The notes beneath the pieces were generated by a model, which searched no databases, was not told the DNA's origin, and was given only the letters and a program-made list of their open reading frames with translations. A stretch of DNA of 24,000 bases. It comes from Nocardioidaceae bacterium. GTDB lineage: Bacteria > Actinomycetota > Actinomycetes > Propionibacteriales > Nocardioidaceae. Shown here piece after piece: positions 7,602 through 15,839 of this stretch; the stretch's first letter is position 1; every line of letters begins with the position of its first letter. Location: the NCBI GenBank assembly GCA_030655315.1, contig JAURVT010000053.1:11917-35916 (forward strand), given 5' to 3'. The position numbers were made by a program, and so were the translations under genes.

Positions 7602-10592
7602 GTGAGCGACGGACCCGCGGCAGGTTTCCCCCGGCAGGCGCCTCCGCCAGCGTCCCAGCACCGGCGACGCGTCCTGATCCCCACCCTGATCACGCTCGCC
7701 GCCCTGCTGTTCCTCGGCGCGGTGTTCACCGGGGTGTGGACCGACCGCCTGTGGTTCCGGTCGGTCGGGTTCGCCTCGGTCTACCGGACGATGCTCACGA
7801 CCCGCGTCGTGATGTTCCTGGTGTTCGGGCTCGTGTTCGCCGTCGTGGTGGTCGCCAACATCGTCATCGCGTACCGCACGCGGCCGCTGACGATGGCCCA
7901 GCTCGACCGCTCCGACCCGGTCATGCGCTACCGCCAGGCGATCGACCCCCTGCGCAGGATCGCGCTCGTGGGGCTCGGCCTGCTGCTCGCGGTGTTCGCC
8001 GGCTCGGCCGCGGCGGGCCAGTGGCGCACCTTCCAGATGTGGCGCAACGGCGTCCCGTTCGGCGAGCGCGACCCGCAGTTCGGCCGGGACGTGGGCTTCT
8101 ACGTCTTCGACCTGCCCTGGATCAACTTCGTCGTCTCGTTCGGCTTCGCGCTGCTCATCGTCACCGGCATCTCGGTGCTGCTGGTGCACTACGTCTACGG
8201 CGGCATCTCGCTGCAGCCGCGCGACCGACGCATCTCCCGCGCCGCCACCGTGCACCTGTCGATCATCATCGGCCTGGGCATGCTGCTGCGGGCGCTCGGC
8301 TACTACCTCGACCGCTTCGGCTTCATGAACGGCGACACCGGCCTGATCGACGGCCCGACGTTCACCGACGTCAACGCACGCATCCCGAGCAAGAACATCC
8401 TGATCGTCATCGCGATCATCTGCGCGCTGCTCTTCTTCGCCAACGTGATCCGCCAGACGCTGCTGCTGCCGGCGATCGGCCTGGGCATGCTGCTCCTCTC
8501 GGCGATCCTGATCGGCGGCATCTGGCCGGCGGTCATGCAGTCGTTCCAGGTGCGCCCGTCCGAGCCGGACAAGGAGGCGCCGTACATCGGGCGGAACATC
8601 GAGGCGACGCGCGACGCGTACAACGTCGCCGACACGCAGAAGACCAACTACACGGGCAGCACGACGCTGACGCCCACCGAGCTGACGCAGTCGGCGGAGT
8701 CGCGGGTGTCCACCCGTCTGCTCGACCCGACGCTCGTCTCGCCGGCGTTCCAGCAGCTGCAGCAGGTGCGTGGTTACTACACCGTGCCCGAGACGCTCGA
8801 CGTCGACCGCTACCAGCTGCCCGGCAGCGACATCGCGCAGGACATCGTCATCGCGGCCCGCGAGCTCAACCTCGACGGCCTGCAGGAGAGCCAGCGCAAC
8901 TGGGCCAACGACCACACGGTCTACACCCACGGCTACGGCGTCATCGCCGCACGCGGCAACCAGCGCGGCGACCAGGGCCAGCCGGTCTGGGTCGAGCGCG
9001 ACATCCCGCCCACGGGCGACCTCGACATCCGGACCCCGCCGCGGATCTACTTCGGCGAGAACTCCCCGACCTACTCGGTCGTCGGGCGTCCTGACGGCGC
9101 GGCGCCGATCGAGGTCGACATCCCGCGCGGTGGGGGCAGCGACGACCAGACGGCGTCGGAGGCGGCGGCCACGCAGAACACCTACGACGGCAAGGGCGGC
9201 GTCCCGGTCGGCGGTCTGTTCAACAAGCTGCTCTACGCGATCAAGTTCTCCGAGCCCAACATCGTCCTCTCGAGCCGCGTCAACGAGGCGTCCAAGATCC
9301 TCTACGACCGCCACCCCCGCGACCGCGTCAACAAGGTCGCCCCGTGGCTGACGGTCGACGGCGACCCCTACCCGGCGGTCGTCGGCGGGCGCGTCGTGTG
9401 GATCGTCGACGGCTACACCACCAGCAACGCCTACCCGTACAGCCAGAAGGTGTCGCTCGACGAGGCCACCTCCGACACCCTCACCCAGGGCGGCGCGCAG
9501 GTGCGTCTGCCCTCGGACGAGGTCAACTACATGCGCAACTCGGTGAAGGCCGTGGTGGACGCGTACGACGGCTCGGTCGACCTCTACCAGTGGGACGAGG
9601 ACGACCCGATCCTCAAGACGTGGATGAAGACGTTCCCGGGCACCGTGCAGCCCAAGGCCGAGATCGGCGACGACCTCCTCCAGCACCTGCGCTACCCGGT
9701 CGACCTGTTCAAGGTGCAGCGCGAGATGCTGTCGCGCTACCACGTCACCGACGCCCAGACGTTCTACGAGGACGGTGAGCGCTGGGAGGTCCCGACCGAC
9801 CCGGCCGGCACGGCGGACTCCAAGCAACCGCCGTACTACCTCTCGGTCACGCAGCCCACGCAGCCCGACGACGGGCCGAAGTTCAGCCTCACGAGCGTCT
9901 ACCTGCCCAACAACCGCGAGAACCTCGCGTCGTACGTGTCGGTGAACTCCGAGGCCAGCGACACCGAGAACTACGGCAAGCTGGAGATCCTGCAGCTCAA
10001 CGCGGACACCCAGGTGGACGGCCCCAGCCAGATCGCCAACAAGTTCAACGCCGACCCCGGCGTCAGACAGGCGCTCCTGCCGTTCACGCAGAGCTCGGGC
10101 ACGTCGGTGGAGTACGGCAACCTGCTGACGCTTCCGGTCTCCGACGCCCTGCTGTACGTGCAGCCGGTCTACGTCCGACGCAACAGCGCGTCCGGCACGT
10201 TCCCGGTGCTCCAGTACGTGGTCGCGTCCTTCGGCGACAGCGTCGGGTACGGGCAGTCGCTGGACGAGGCGCTGCGCGTCGCGCTCGGCCTGCAGCCGGG
10301 TGACGACTCCGGGGCCGACACGACCGGGGGCGACACCGGTGGTGACAGCGGCGACGACTCCGGCGACGCCGGGGGAGGCGCGACCGGTGAGAACCAGACC
10401 ACCGACCAGCTCCTCACCCAGGCCTCGGAGGAGTACGACGCGGCCCAGACGGCGCTCGCCGACGGCGACCTGTCGGAGTACCAGGAGCGCATCGACGCGA
10501 TGAACGACCTGGTGCGCCGCGCACAGGCCACCCTCGGGTCGGCGGCTACCCCGTCGGCCTCGGCCACCCCGTCGGCCGACGGCGGCAGCTGA
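7602..10592 (+). CDS. UPF0182 family large polytopic membrane protein (Rv3193c-like)
   Basis: 996 aa. GTG start preceded by AAGGAG (7592-7597). Multiple N-terminal TM helices are followed by a large soluble domain (…HTVYTHGYGVIAARGN…, …WIVDGYTTSNAYPYSQ…, …LRYPVDLFKVQREML…). Has a low-complexity Asp/Gly/Ser tail. Confidence 0.9.
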   Translation: MSDGPAAGFPRQAPPPASQHRRRVLIPTLITLAALLFLGAVFTGVWTDRLWFRSVGFASVYRTMLTTRVVMFLVFGLVFAVVVVANIVIAYRTRPLTMAQLDRSDPVMRYRQAIDPLRRIALVGLGLLLAVFAGSAAAGQWRTFQMWRNGVPFGERDPQFGRDVGFYVFDLPWINFVVSFGFALLIVTGISVLLVHYVYGGISLQPRDRRISRAATVHLSIIIGLGMLLRALGYYLDRFGFMNGDTGLIDGPTFTDVNARIPSKNILIVIAIICALLFFANVIRQTLLLPAIGLGMLLLSAILIGGIWPAVMQSFQVRPSEPDKEAPYIGRNIEATRDAYNVADTQKTNYTGSTTLTPTELTQSAESRVSTRLLDPTLVSPAFQQLQQVRGYYTVPETLDVDRYQLPGSDIAQDIVIAARELNLDGLQESQRNWANDHTVYTHGYGVIAARGNQRGDQGQPVWVERDIPPTGDLDIRTPPRIYFGENSPTYSVVGRPDGAAPIEVDIPRGGGSDDQTASEAAATQNTYDGKGGVPVGGLFNKLLYAIKFSEPNIVLSSRVNEASKILYDRHPRDRVNKVAPWLTVDGDPYPAVVGGRVVWIVDGYTTSNAYPYSQKVSLDEATSDTLTQGGAQVRLPSDEVNYMRNSVKAVVDAYDGSVDLYQWDEDDPILKTWMKTFPGTVQPKAEIGDDLLQHLRYPVDLFKVQREMLSRYHVTDAQTFYEDGERWEVPTDPAGTADSKQPPYYLSVTQPTQPDDGPKFSLTSVYLPNNRENLASYVSVNSEASDTENYGKLEILQLNADTQVDGPSQIANKFNADPGVRQALLPFTQSSGTSVEYGNLLTLPVSDALLYVQPVYVRRNSASGTFPVLQYVVASFGDSVGYGQSLDEALRVALGLQPGDDSGADTTGGDTGGDSGDDSGDAGGGATGENQTTDQLLTQASEEYDAAQTALADGDLSEYQERIDAMNDLVRRAQATLGSAATPSASATPSADGGS

Positions 10593-10628
10593 CGACGCCG
10601 CGATCGAGCACGGCCGCGACCACGCGGT

Positions 10629-10671
10629 GAGGGGCGCGAGGCCCGGGGACGACCCCGGCCTCGCGCCCCTC
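10629..10671 (+). terminator. GC-rich stem-loop terminator after the UPF0182 gene
   Basis: GAGGGGCGCGAGGCC(C)GGGG-ACGA-CCCCGGCCTCGCGCCCCTC forms a ~19-bp stem with one bulge, 37 nt after the stop codon. There is no U-tract, which is common in high-GC actinobacteria. Confidence 0.6.
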
Positions 10672-10686
10672 GTGCGTCCGGCACCC

Positions 10687-10716
10687 TTGCCATGTATCCA
10701 GAATCCTGGATATTGT
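10687..10716 (+). promoter_or_regulatory. Candidate sigma-A promoter with palindromic operator for the yhf-like operon
   Basis: -35 TTGCCA (10687-10692), 18-nt spacer, -10 TATTGT (10711-10716). The spacer contains the perfect palindrome TATCCAG-AATC-CTGGATA (10695-10712). The -10 ends 7 nt before ATG 10724, so the transcript may be leaderless. The patch is locally AT-rich within GC-rich DNA. Confidence 0.5.
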
Positions 10717-10723
10717 TCGGTAC

Positions 10724-11647
10724 ATGCCCAGCACCGAGCCCCGCGACCGGCTGATGTCGCGCGTCGGGATCGCGGCGCAGCGGCTCGCCCGTGACCTCGG
10801 GACCCTCGCCGCGGGGGACCGGCTGCCCCGGGTGCAGGACGCCGCCGCGGCCCTCGGGTGCGGCAACGGCACCGTGCAGGCGGCGCTCGAGCTGCTCCAG
10901 GACGCGGGCGCGATCACGCTGCGACCGCGGGGACGGCTCGGGACCTTCCTCGACGCGGTCGACCACCGGGTCCTCTGGGAGCTGGCCGGCAACCGGACCG
11001 TGTCCGTGGCGATGCCGCTGCCGTACTCGCGTCGCTACGAGGGGCTGGCGACCGGCCTGCAGGAGGCCTTCGTCGAGTCCGGCGTGCCGCTCTCGCTGAT
11101 GTTCATGCGCGGCGCCGAGACCCGCGCCGTCGCGGTCGCCGAGGGGCGGGCCGACCTCGCCGTGATGTCCGGCCTGGTCGCCGGGGACCGTCCCGACCTG
11201 GTGGTCGTGCGCGACTTCGGCGCCGGCAGCTACGTCAGCAGCCACGGGCTCGTGGTCGCCCGCGGGCGCGACCCGCACGACCCCGGGCTCCGCGTGGCCG
11301 TCGACCAGTCGTCCGCGGACCAGGTCGAGCTCACCCGCCGCCACTTCGGCGACCTCGACCCGGCCCGCGTGGTCGAGGCCTCGTACAACCAGCTCGACCG
11401 GTACTTCGCGACCGGGCGCATCGACGCGACGATCTGGAACCTCGACGAGATCGAGGTGCACATCACCTCGCCGATCGACACCTACCCGGTCGCCGACGTC
11501 GTCGGCGGTGCCAACACCCGCGCCGTCATCGTCGCGCCCGCCGCGGCCCCGCCCACCTCGTGGGTCGTGCTCGACGCGCTGGCCGCCGAGTCCGTCGCGA
11601 CCAGTGCCGCCGCCGTGCTCAGCGGCGAGCGCATCCCCAGCTACTAG
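10724..11647 (+). CDS. yhfZ: YhfZ-family regulator (N-terminal GntR-like HTH + C-terminal periplasmic-binding-protein-like domain)
   Basis: N-terminus ...AAGDRLPRVQDAAAALGCGNGTVQAALELLQDAGAITLRPRGRLGTFL is a winged-HTH pattern. It is followed by ...VSVAMPLPYSRRYEGLATGL..., as I recall for YhfZ. Context with the other seven yhf families supports the call. An alternative start is ATG 10754. Confidence 0.7.
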   Translation: MPSTEPRDRLMSRVGIAAQRLARDLGTLAAGDRLPRVQDAAAALGCGNGTVQAALELLQDAGAITLRPRGRLGTFLDAVDHRVLWELAGNRTVSVAMPLPYSRRYEGLATGLQEAFVESGVPLSLMFMRGAETRAVAVAEGRADLAVMSGLVAGDRPDLVVVRDFGAGSYVSSHGLVVARGRDPHDPGLRVAVDQSSADQVELTRRHFGDLDPARVVEASYNQLDRYFATGRIDATIWNLDEIEVHITSPIDTYPVADVVGGANTRAVIVAPAAAPPTSWVVLDALAAESVATSAAAVLSGERIPSY

Positions 11648-11655
11648 GAGCCCTG

Positions 11656-12036
11656 ATGGACGACCAGCTGCGCGCGCGGCTCGACGTGTACCGGCAGATG
11701 CCCGACGTCCCGGATGGCGTCGTCGACCTCGTGGCCGACGAGCTGGACCGGCTCGCCGGCGACCACGACGTCACGGACGACAGCGCGGGGATGCTCACCT
11801 CGCACCTCGTGACGGCGCTCGCCCGGATGGCGAGCGGGGCCCCCGACGTGGAGGCACCCGATGCCGGCGTCGTCGCCCGTGCGGTGGCCGACGTGCCAGG
11901 CGCCGACGAACGCGCGGCCGCGGTGTCGGCCCGCGCCGCCGAGCACCTCGGCACCGCCCTCACGCCGACCGAGCAGCAGTACCTCACCCTCCACCTCGCC
12001 ACCCTGGCGATCACCTCGTCGAAGGAGAAGTCATGA
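11656..12036 (+). CDS. yhfY: YhfY-like PRD-domain protein
   Basis: 126 aa. ATG preceded by GGAG with a 5-nt spacer. Helical protein with ...MLTSHLVTALARM... and ...EQQYLTLHLATL... His-containing helices typical of PRD modules. Size and position fit YhfY. In the track it is embedded in the longer frame 10858..12036. Confidence 0.6.
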   Translation: MDDQLRARLDVYRQMPDVPDGVVDLVADELDRLAGDHDVTDDSAGMLTSHLVTALARMASGAPDVEAPDAGVVARAVADVPGADERAAAVSARAAEHLGTALTPTEQQYLTLHLATLAITSSKEKS

Positions 12037-12386
12037 AGATCATCGCCGGAGGAGTGGCCAAGAGCGAGGTCGTCGACGCGTTGCGTCCCCTGCTCGGACC
12101 GGACGACACGGTCGTCGCGGGCACCGACATGGACGCGGCCCTGAAGCTGCGCACGGGCGCCGTCGACTACTACCTCGGTACCTGCCACACCGGTGCGGGC
12201 GCGAGCCTGGGGGTGCTGGTGGGCCTGCTGGGCAGCGCGCGCTGCCACACCTTCGGCCGCTCGGTGCCCACGCGTGACGACGTCGAGGCGGTCGTCGCGG
12301 CCGACAAGGTCGCGCTCGGGTTCGCGCTCGACCAGGTCCAGGAGGTCGTGCCGGTCGTCTGGTCCGTCCTCGACGCCCGTCGCTGA
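12033..12386 (+). CDS. yhfU: YhfU-like DUF2620 protein
   Basis: 117 aa. ATGA overlap with yhfY, and an AAGGAG upstream. MKIIAGG...DMDAALKLRTGAVDYYLGTCHTGAGASLGV... matches my memory of the YhfU core (..DYYIGACNTGAGAAL..). Confidence 0.7.
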   Translation: MKIIAGGVAKSEVVDALRPLLGPDDTVVAGTDMDAALKLRTGAVDYYLGTCHTGAGASLGVLVGLLGSARCHTFGRSVPTRDDVEAVVAADKVALGFALDQVQEVVPVVWSVLDARR

Positions 12387-12395
12387 GGAGCCCCC

Positions 12396-13796
12396 ATGAC
12401 CCCCACCAGCCTGGCCACCGCGGCCCAGACCTCGGTCCACTTCGAGGTCTGGCAGTCCGTCGTCGTCATCGTCACCTGCGTCGTCGCCGCCGTGATCGCC
12501 CACCAGGCGCTCGCGGTGTTCAACGACGGCGCTCGCCCGTTCCTGCTCGACTACATCCAGGGCCGGACGACGCGGCTCGCGACCGCCACGATCGTCTTCG
12601 GCCTGTCCGCCGGGTTCATCTTCGGTCTCGGTGCGCCGATGGCGCTGTCGACCGGCGTGCTCAACCCGTGGCTCGTCTTCCTGCCGGTGGAGATCCTCGG
12701 CCTGCTCGCGCCGTTCCGCTGGCTGGCCGCGCTCGCGGGCGCGGCCTGGGGTGCGGTGTGCGCCTTCGGGCTGAGCGCGGCCAACTCGCTGGCCACCGGG
12801 CTGCCGGTCGACTTCATCACCGCGCTCCAGCAGATCTCGACACCGATCCTGTGGCTGTTCGCGATCTTCCCGGTGATCGCGGTCGCGCGGCAGTTCGACC
12901 GGCCGAAGGCCCTGGCCACCTTCGGCGTCGAGATCGTCGTCATCGTCGCCGCGGCCAAGTGGATCCCGACCGTGTTCGGAGGCTCGCTCGCCCTGGCTGT
13001 CGGCGTCATCATGCTGATGGCCTTCGCCGTGCAGAAGGACCGCCGCGACCGCGTCCGAGAGCGCGCCGAGCTGGCCTCGCAGGGCGAGGAGGCCCGGCGG
13101 GCCGCCGACGAGGCACGCGCGGCGAACGCGGAGATCACCGACGAGCTGTTCGGGCCCAACGCCGACCGGCTGCGACGCAACGTCGTGTGGTTCGCGCTGC
13201 TGGGCGGCGTGGTCTGCGCGCTCGCGTCCACCGGGATCTTCGGCGGTGGCGAGGCCACGAGCTTCCTGCTGTCGGACGGCAAGCTGGCCGAGGCGGCGCA
13301 GGTCGACTTCTACCGGGTGTTCGGGTTCATCCCGCTGATCGCGACGACGGCGCTCGCCTCGGGTGCGTACGCCATGGCGGGGTTCACGCTCGTCTACCCG
13401 ATCGGGTACCTGTCGGCGCTGCTGATCGAGCCCTGGCCGATCGCCCTCGGCGTCGCCTTCGTGCTCGGTGCGGCGATGATGACCGCCGAGGTGCTCGCCC
13501 TGAGCGCCGTCGGCCGGTGGCTGCAGCACTGGCCGTCGATCCGCGACTCCGCGGACCACATCCGCAGCGCGATCACCGAGGCGCTGACGCTGGCGATCCT
13601 CGTCGGCTCCCTGATGGCCGCCCTCGCCATGGGAGGCGGGATCGGGATCGCCATGGTCGGTGGGCTCTACCTGCTGAACGAGTCGCTGGGTCGGCCGGTG
13701 GTTCGGATGGCGGCCGGCCCGGCGGCGGTGATCGTCGTCGGCATCGCGCTCAACCTGCTGAACCTCGTGGGGCTGTTCACCCCCGTGGCGGGCTGA
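12396..13796 (+). CDS. yhfT: YhfT-like polytopic membrane protein (putative transporter)
   Basis: 466 aa with about 10-12 hydrophobic segments and a central charged loop (QKDRRDRVRERAELASQGEEARRAADEARAANAE). GGAG sits 5 nt upstream of the ATG. The context between the yhfU and php homologues supports the call. Confidence 0.65.
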   Translation: MTPTSLATAAQTSVHFEVWQSVVVIVTCVVAAVIAHQALAVFNDGARPFLLDYIQGRTTRLATATIVFGLSAGFIFGLGAPMALSTGVLNPWLVFLPVEILGLLAPFRWLAALAGAAWGAVCAFGLSAANSLATGLPVDFITALQQISTPILWLFAIFPVIAVARQFDRPKALATFGVEIVVIVAAAKWIPTVFGGSLALAVGVIMLMAFAVQKDRRDRVRERAELASQGEEARRAADEARAANAEITDELFGPNADRLRRNVVWFALLGGVVCALASTGIFGGGEATSFLLSDGKLAEAAQVDFYRVFGFIPLIATTALASGAYAMAGFTLVYPIGYLSALLIEPWPIALGVAFVLGAAMMTAEVLALSAVGRWLQHWPSIRDSADHIRSAITEALTLAILVGSLMAALAMGGGIGIAMVGGLYLLNESLGRPVVRMAAGPAAVIVVGIALNLLNLVGLFTPVAG

Positions 13797-13797
13797 G

Positions 13798-14724
13798 ATG
13801 GCGACCGTCCGCACCGTCGAGGGCCCGCTCGACCCCGCCGAGGTCACCGGTCCGGTGCTGCCGCACGAGCACCTCGCGATCGACCTGCGCACCGAGGACG
13901 ACGCCGAGGCCCGGGTCACCGACCGGCTCGCGGTCGTCGACGAGCTCCGCGCGGCGCGCGAGTCGCACGGCCTCGGACTGGTGGTCGACCAGACCTGCCG
14001 GGGGATGGGACGGGACCCGCGCGCCCTCGTGGCGATGTCGCGGGCTGCCGGCGTGCCGGTCGTGGCGTCGACCGGCTACTACTGGCACCGCTTCCACCCC
14101 GCGGGCGAGCTCGACCACGACGTCGAGGCAGTGACGGCCCGGCTCGTGCACGAGATCCGGCACGGCCTCGACGGCACGGACGTCCGTCCCGGCGTCGTCG
14201 CCGAGGTGGGAAGCCACGGCGCCGAGCCGTCGCCCGCCGAGCGCACCAGCCTCCTCGCGGCCGGGCACGCCGCCGCGGAGACGGGCCTGTCGGTGGGCAC
14301 GCACGCCCACCTCGGCGAGGGCGGCCCGGGACAGCTGGAGCTGCTCGTCTCGACCGGTATGCGGCCCGAGCGGGTGTGCGTCGGGCACCAGGACCTCGCC
14401 GACGACACCGCCCAGCACCTCGCGATCGCCGAGGCGGGCGCGTTCGTCGCCTTCGACACCGTCGGCAAGGAGTCCTACCAGCCGGACGCGGTCAGGCTCG
14501 GTCTGCTGCTCGCGCTGCTGGAGGCCGGTCACGCGGGGCAGGTGCTGCTGAGCAACGACGTCTCGCGCGACCGCTACCTCCTCGCGCACGGCGGGCCCGG
14601 CCTCGGGCACGTCCTCGGCACCTTCAGCGACCTGCTCCGCGGGGCGGGCGTCGACGAGGGCACCCTGGACCTGCTGCGCCGTCGCAACCCGCTGCGCTGG
14701 CTGACGGGGGAGGAGGTCGCGTGA
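13798..14724 (+). CDS. php: Phosphotriesterase-homology protein (Php/YhfV), amidohydrolase-superfamily binuclear metal hydrolase
   Basis: 308 aa. N-terminal metal motif GPVLPHEHLAIDL (HxH). Later His and Asp ligand candidates occur in GTHAHLGEG, VGHQDL and LLSNDVSRD. This is the typical PTE-family layout. Confidence 0.85.
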   Translation: MATVRTVEGPLDPAEVTGPVLPHEHLAIDLRTEDDAEARVTDRLAVVDELRAARESHGLGLVVDQTCRGMGRDPRALVAMSRAAGVPVVASTGYYWHRFHPAGELDHDVEAVTARLVHEIRHGLDGTDVRPGVVAEVGSHGAEPSPAERTSLLAAGHAAAETGLSVGTHAHLGEGGPGQLELLVSTGMRPERVCVGHQDLADDTAQHLAIAEAGAFVAFDTVGKESYQPDAVRLGLLLALLEAGHAGQVLLSNDVSRDRYLLAHGGPGLGHVLGTFSDLLRGAGVDEGTLDLLRRRNPLRWLTGEEVA

Positions 14725-15839
14725 CCCGGCCAGCCCTGCCGTCCACCGCGCCGCTCCCGGCCACCGACCTCGACCAGGCGTTCGCCCTCCAGCAGCGCCT
14801 CGTGGCCGGGGTGGCCGAGGCCTTCCCCGACGGGGCCATGTTCCGCGCCGACGTCGGCGTGGTGCCCGGGCTCGGGCGCCCCGAGACCACCGCACGTGCC
14901 GAGCGCGTCCTCGCGGCGGCGTTCGACGCACCCGCCGCCTGCCTGGTGCAGGGCGCGGGGACGGCGGCGATCCGCACCGCGCTGTCGGCCGGGCCGTGGG
15001 CCGAGGGCGACCGGCGGCTGCTGCTCCACGACGCCCCCGACTACTCCACCACCGCCACGACGCTGTCGGACGGGGCCGTCACGGCCGTGCGCGTCGACCT
15101 CGACGACGCCGCGGCGCTCGACGAGGCGCTCGCCGACCCCGACGGCCCCGCCTGGGTCTTCGTCCAGCACACGCGGCAGCGTCTCACCGACTCCTTCGAC
15201 CCCACCGCCGTCGTGGAGGCCGCCGTGCGCGCGGGCCGACGGGTGGTGGTCGACGACAACTACGCGGTGGTGCGCACGCCCACGATCGGGGTGCAGCACG
15301 GGGCGTCCGCGTCGGCGTTCTCGCTGTTCAAGCTGCACGGACCCGAGGGCGTCGGGGTCGTGCTCGGCGACCAGGACCTGGTCGAGCGCGCCCACCGGGC
15401 GAACTACTCCGGGGGCGGGCAGGTGCAGGGCGCGCAGGCGCTCGCGGCGCTGCAGGCGCTGGTGATGGTGCCGCTGAACTGGGCGGTCCAGGCCCGCGAG
15501 ACCCGGCGGGTGGCCGAGCGCCTCGCCGCCGGTGAGGTGCCCGGCGTCGTCGACGCCGTGCTCGCCAACGCCCAGGACCTCTGCGTGCTGGCGCTGCTCG
15601 ACGAGCCCGTGGCCGCCGACCTGCCTGCGCGCGCGGCGTCGGTCGGAGCCGCACCCTTCCCGGTCGGCTCGAACTCCCGGCACGAGATCACCCCGATGGT
15701 CTACCGGCTGTCGTCCTCGACCCTCGCGGGCCGGCCGGACCTGCGCGACTGGGCCGTCCGGGTCAACCCGATGCGCGGGGGCGCGGACCTGACGATCGAC
15801 CTGCTCCGGCGCGCGCTCGACCGGGGCGGGGTGTCCTGA
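14721..15839 (+). CDS. yhfS: YhfS-like fold-type-I PLP-dependent enzyme (aminotransferase/lyase-like)
   Basis: GTG 14721 overlaps the php stop (GTGA) and follows GGAGGAGG. Motifs are VQGAGTAAIRTAL..., DDNYAV..., and SAFSLFKLHGPEG with a candidate PLP lysine in an S-x-x-K context. Lies in track frame 14376..15839. Confidence 0.65.
   Translation: MTRPALPSTAPLPATDLDQAFALQQRLVAGVAEAFPDGAMFRADVGVVPGLGRPETTARAERVLAAAFDAPAACLVQGAGTAAIRTALSAGPWAEGDRRLLLHDAPDYSTTATTLSDGAVTAVRVDLDDAAALDEALADPDGPAWVFVQHTRQRLTDSFDPTAVVEAAVRAGRRVVVDDNYAVVRTPTIGVQHGASASAFSLFKLHGPEGVGVVLGDQDLVERAHRANYSGGGQVQGAQALAALQALVMVPLNWAVQARETRRVAERLAAGEVPGVVDAVLANAQDLCVLALLDEPVAADLPARAASVGAAPFPVGSNSRHEITPMVYRLSSSTLAGRPDLRDWAVRVNPMRGGADLTIDLLRRALDRGGVS

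Noticed and set aside
7590-9827. Very long ORFs on the strand opposite to, or out of frame with, the real genes. Examples are 7590..9827(-) 745 aa, 11619..13919(-) 766 aa, 15701..17599(-) 632 aa, 5830..7593(-) 587 aa, 756..2417(+) 553 aa, 2796..4328(+) 510 aa, 3651..5114(-) 487 aa and 12668..14134(+) 488 aa.
   Set aside because: These are shadow ORFs of high-GC DNA. Their translations are monotonous Arg/Pro/Gly/Ala/Asp strings with no recognisable motifs. Each overlaps a gene on another frame that has clear family signatures and near-saturated third-position GC.
10290-10592. Short degenerate GGTGAC/GACTCCGG-type repeats and an Asp/Gly/Ser-rich, then Ala/Thr/Pro/Ser-rich, tail at the 3' end of the UPF0182 gene, considered as a tandem repeat or contingency locus.
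   Set aside because: The repeats are imperfect, in frame and simply encode a low-complexity acidic linker (GDDSGADTTGGDTGGDSGDDSGDAGGG) and a PSASATPSA tail. There is no evidence of a discrete repeat array.
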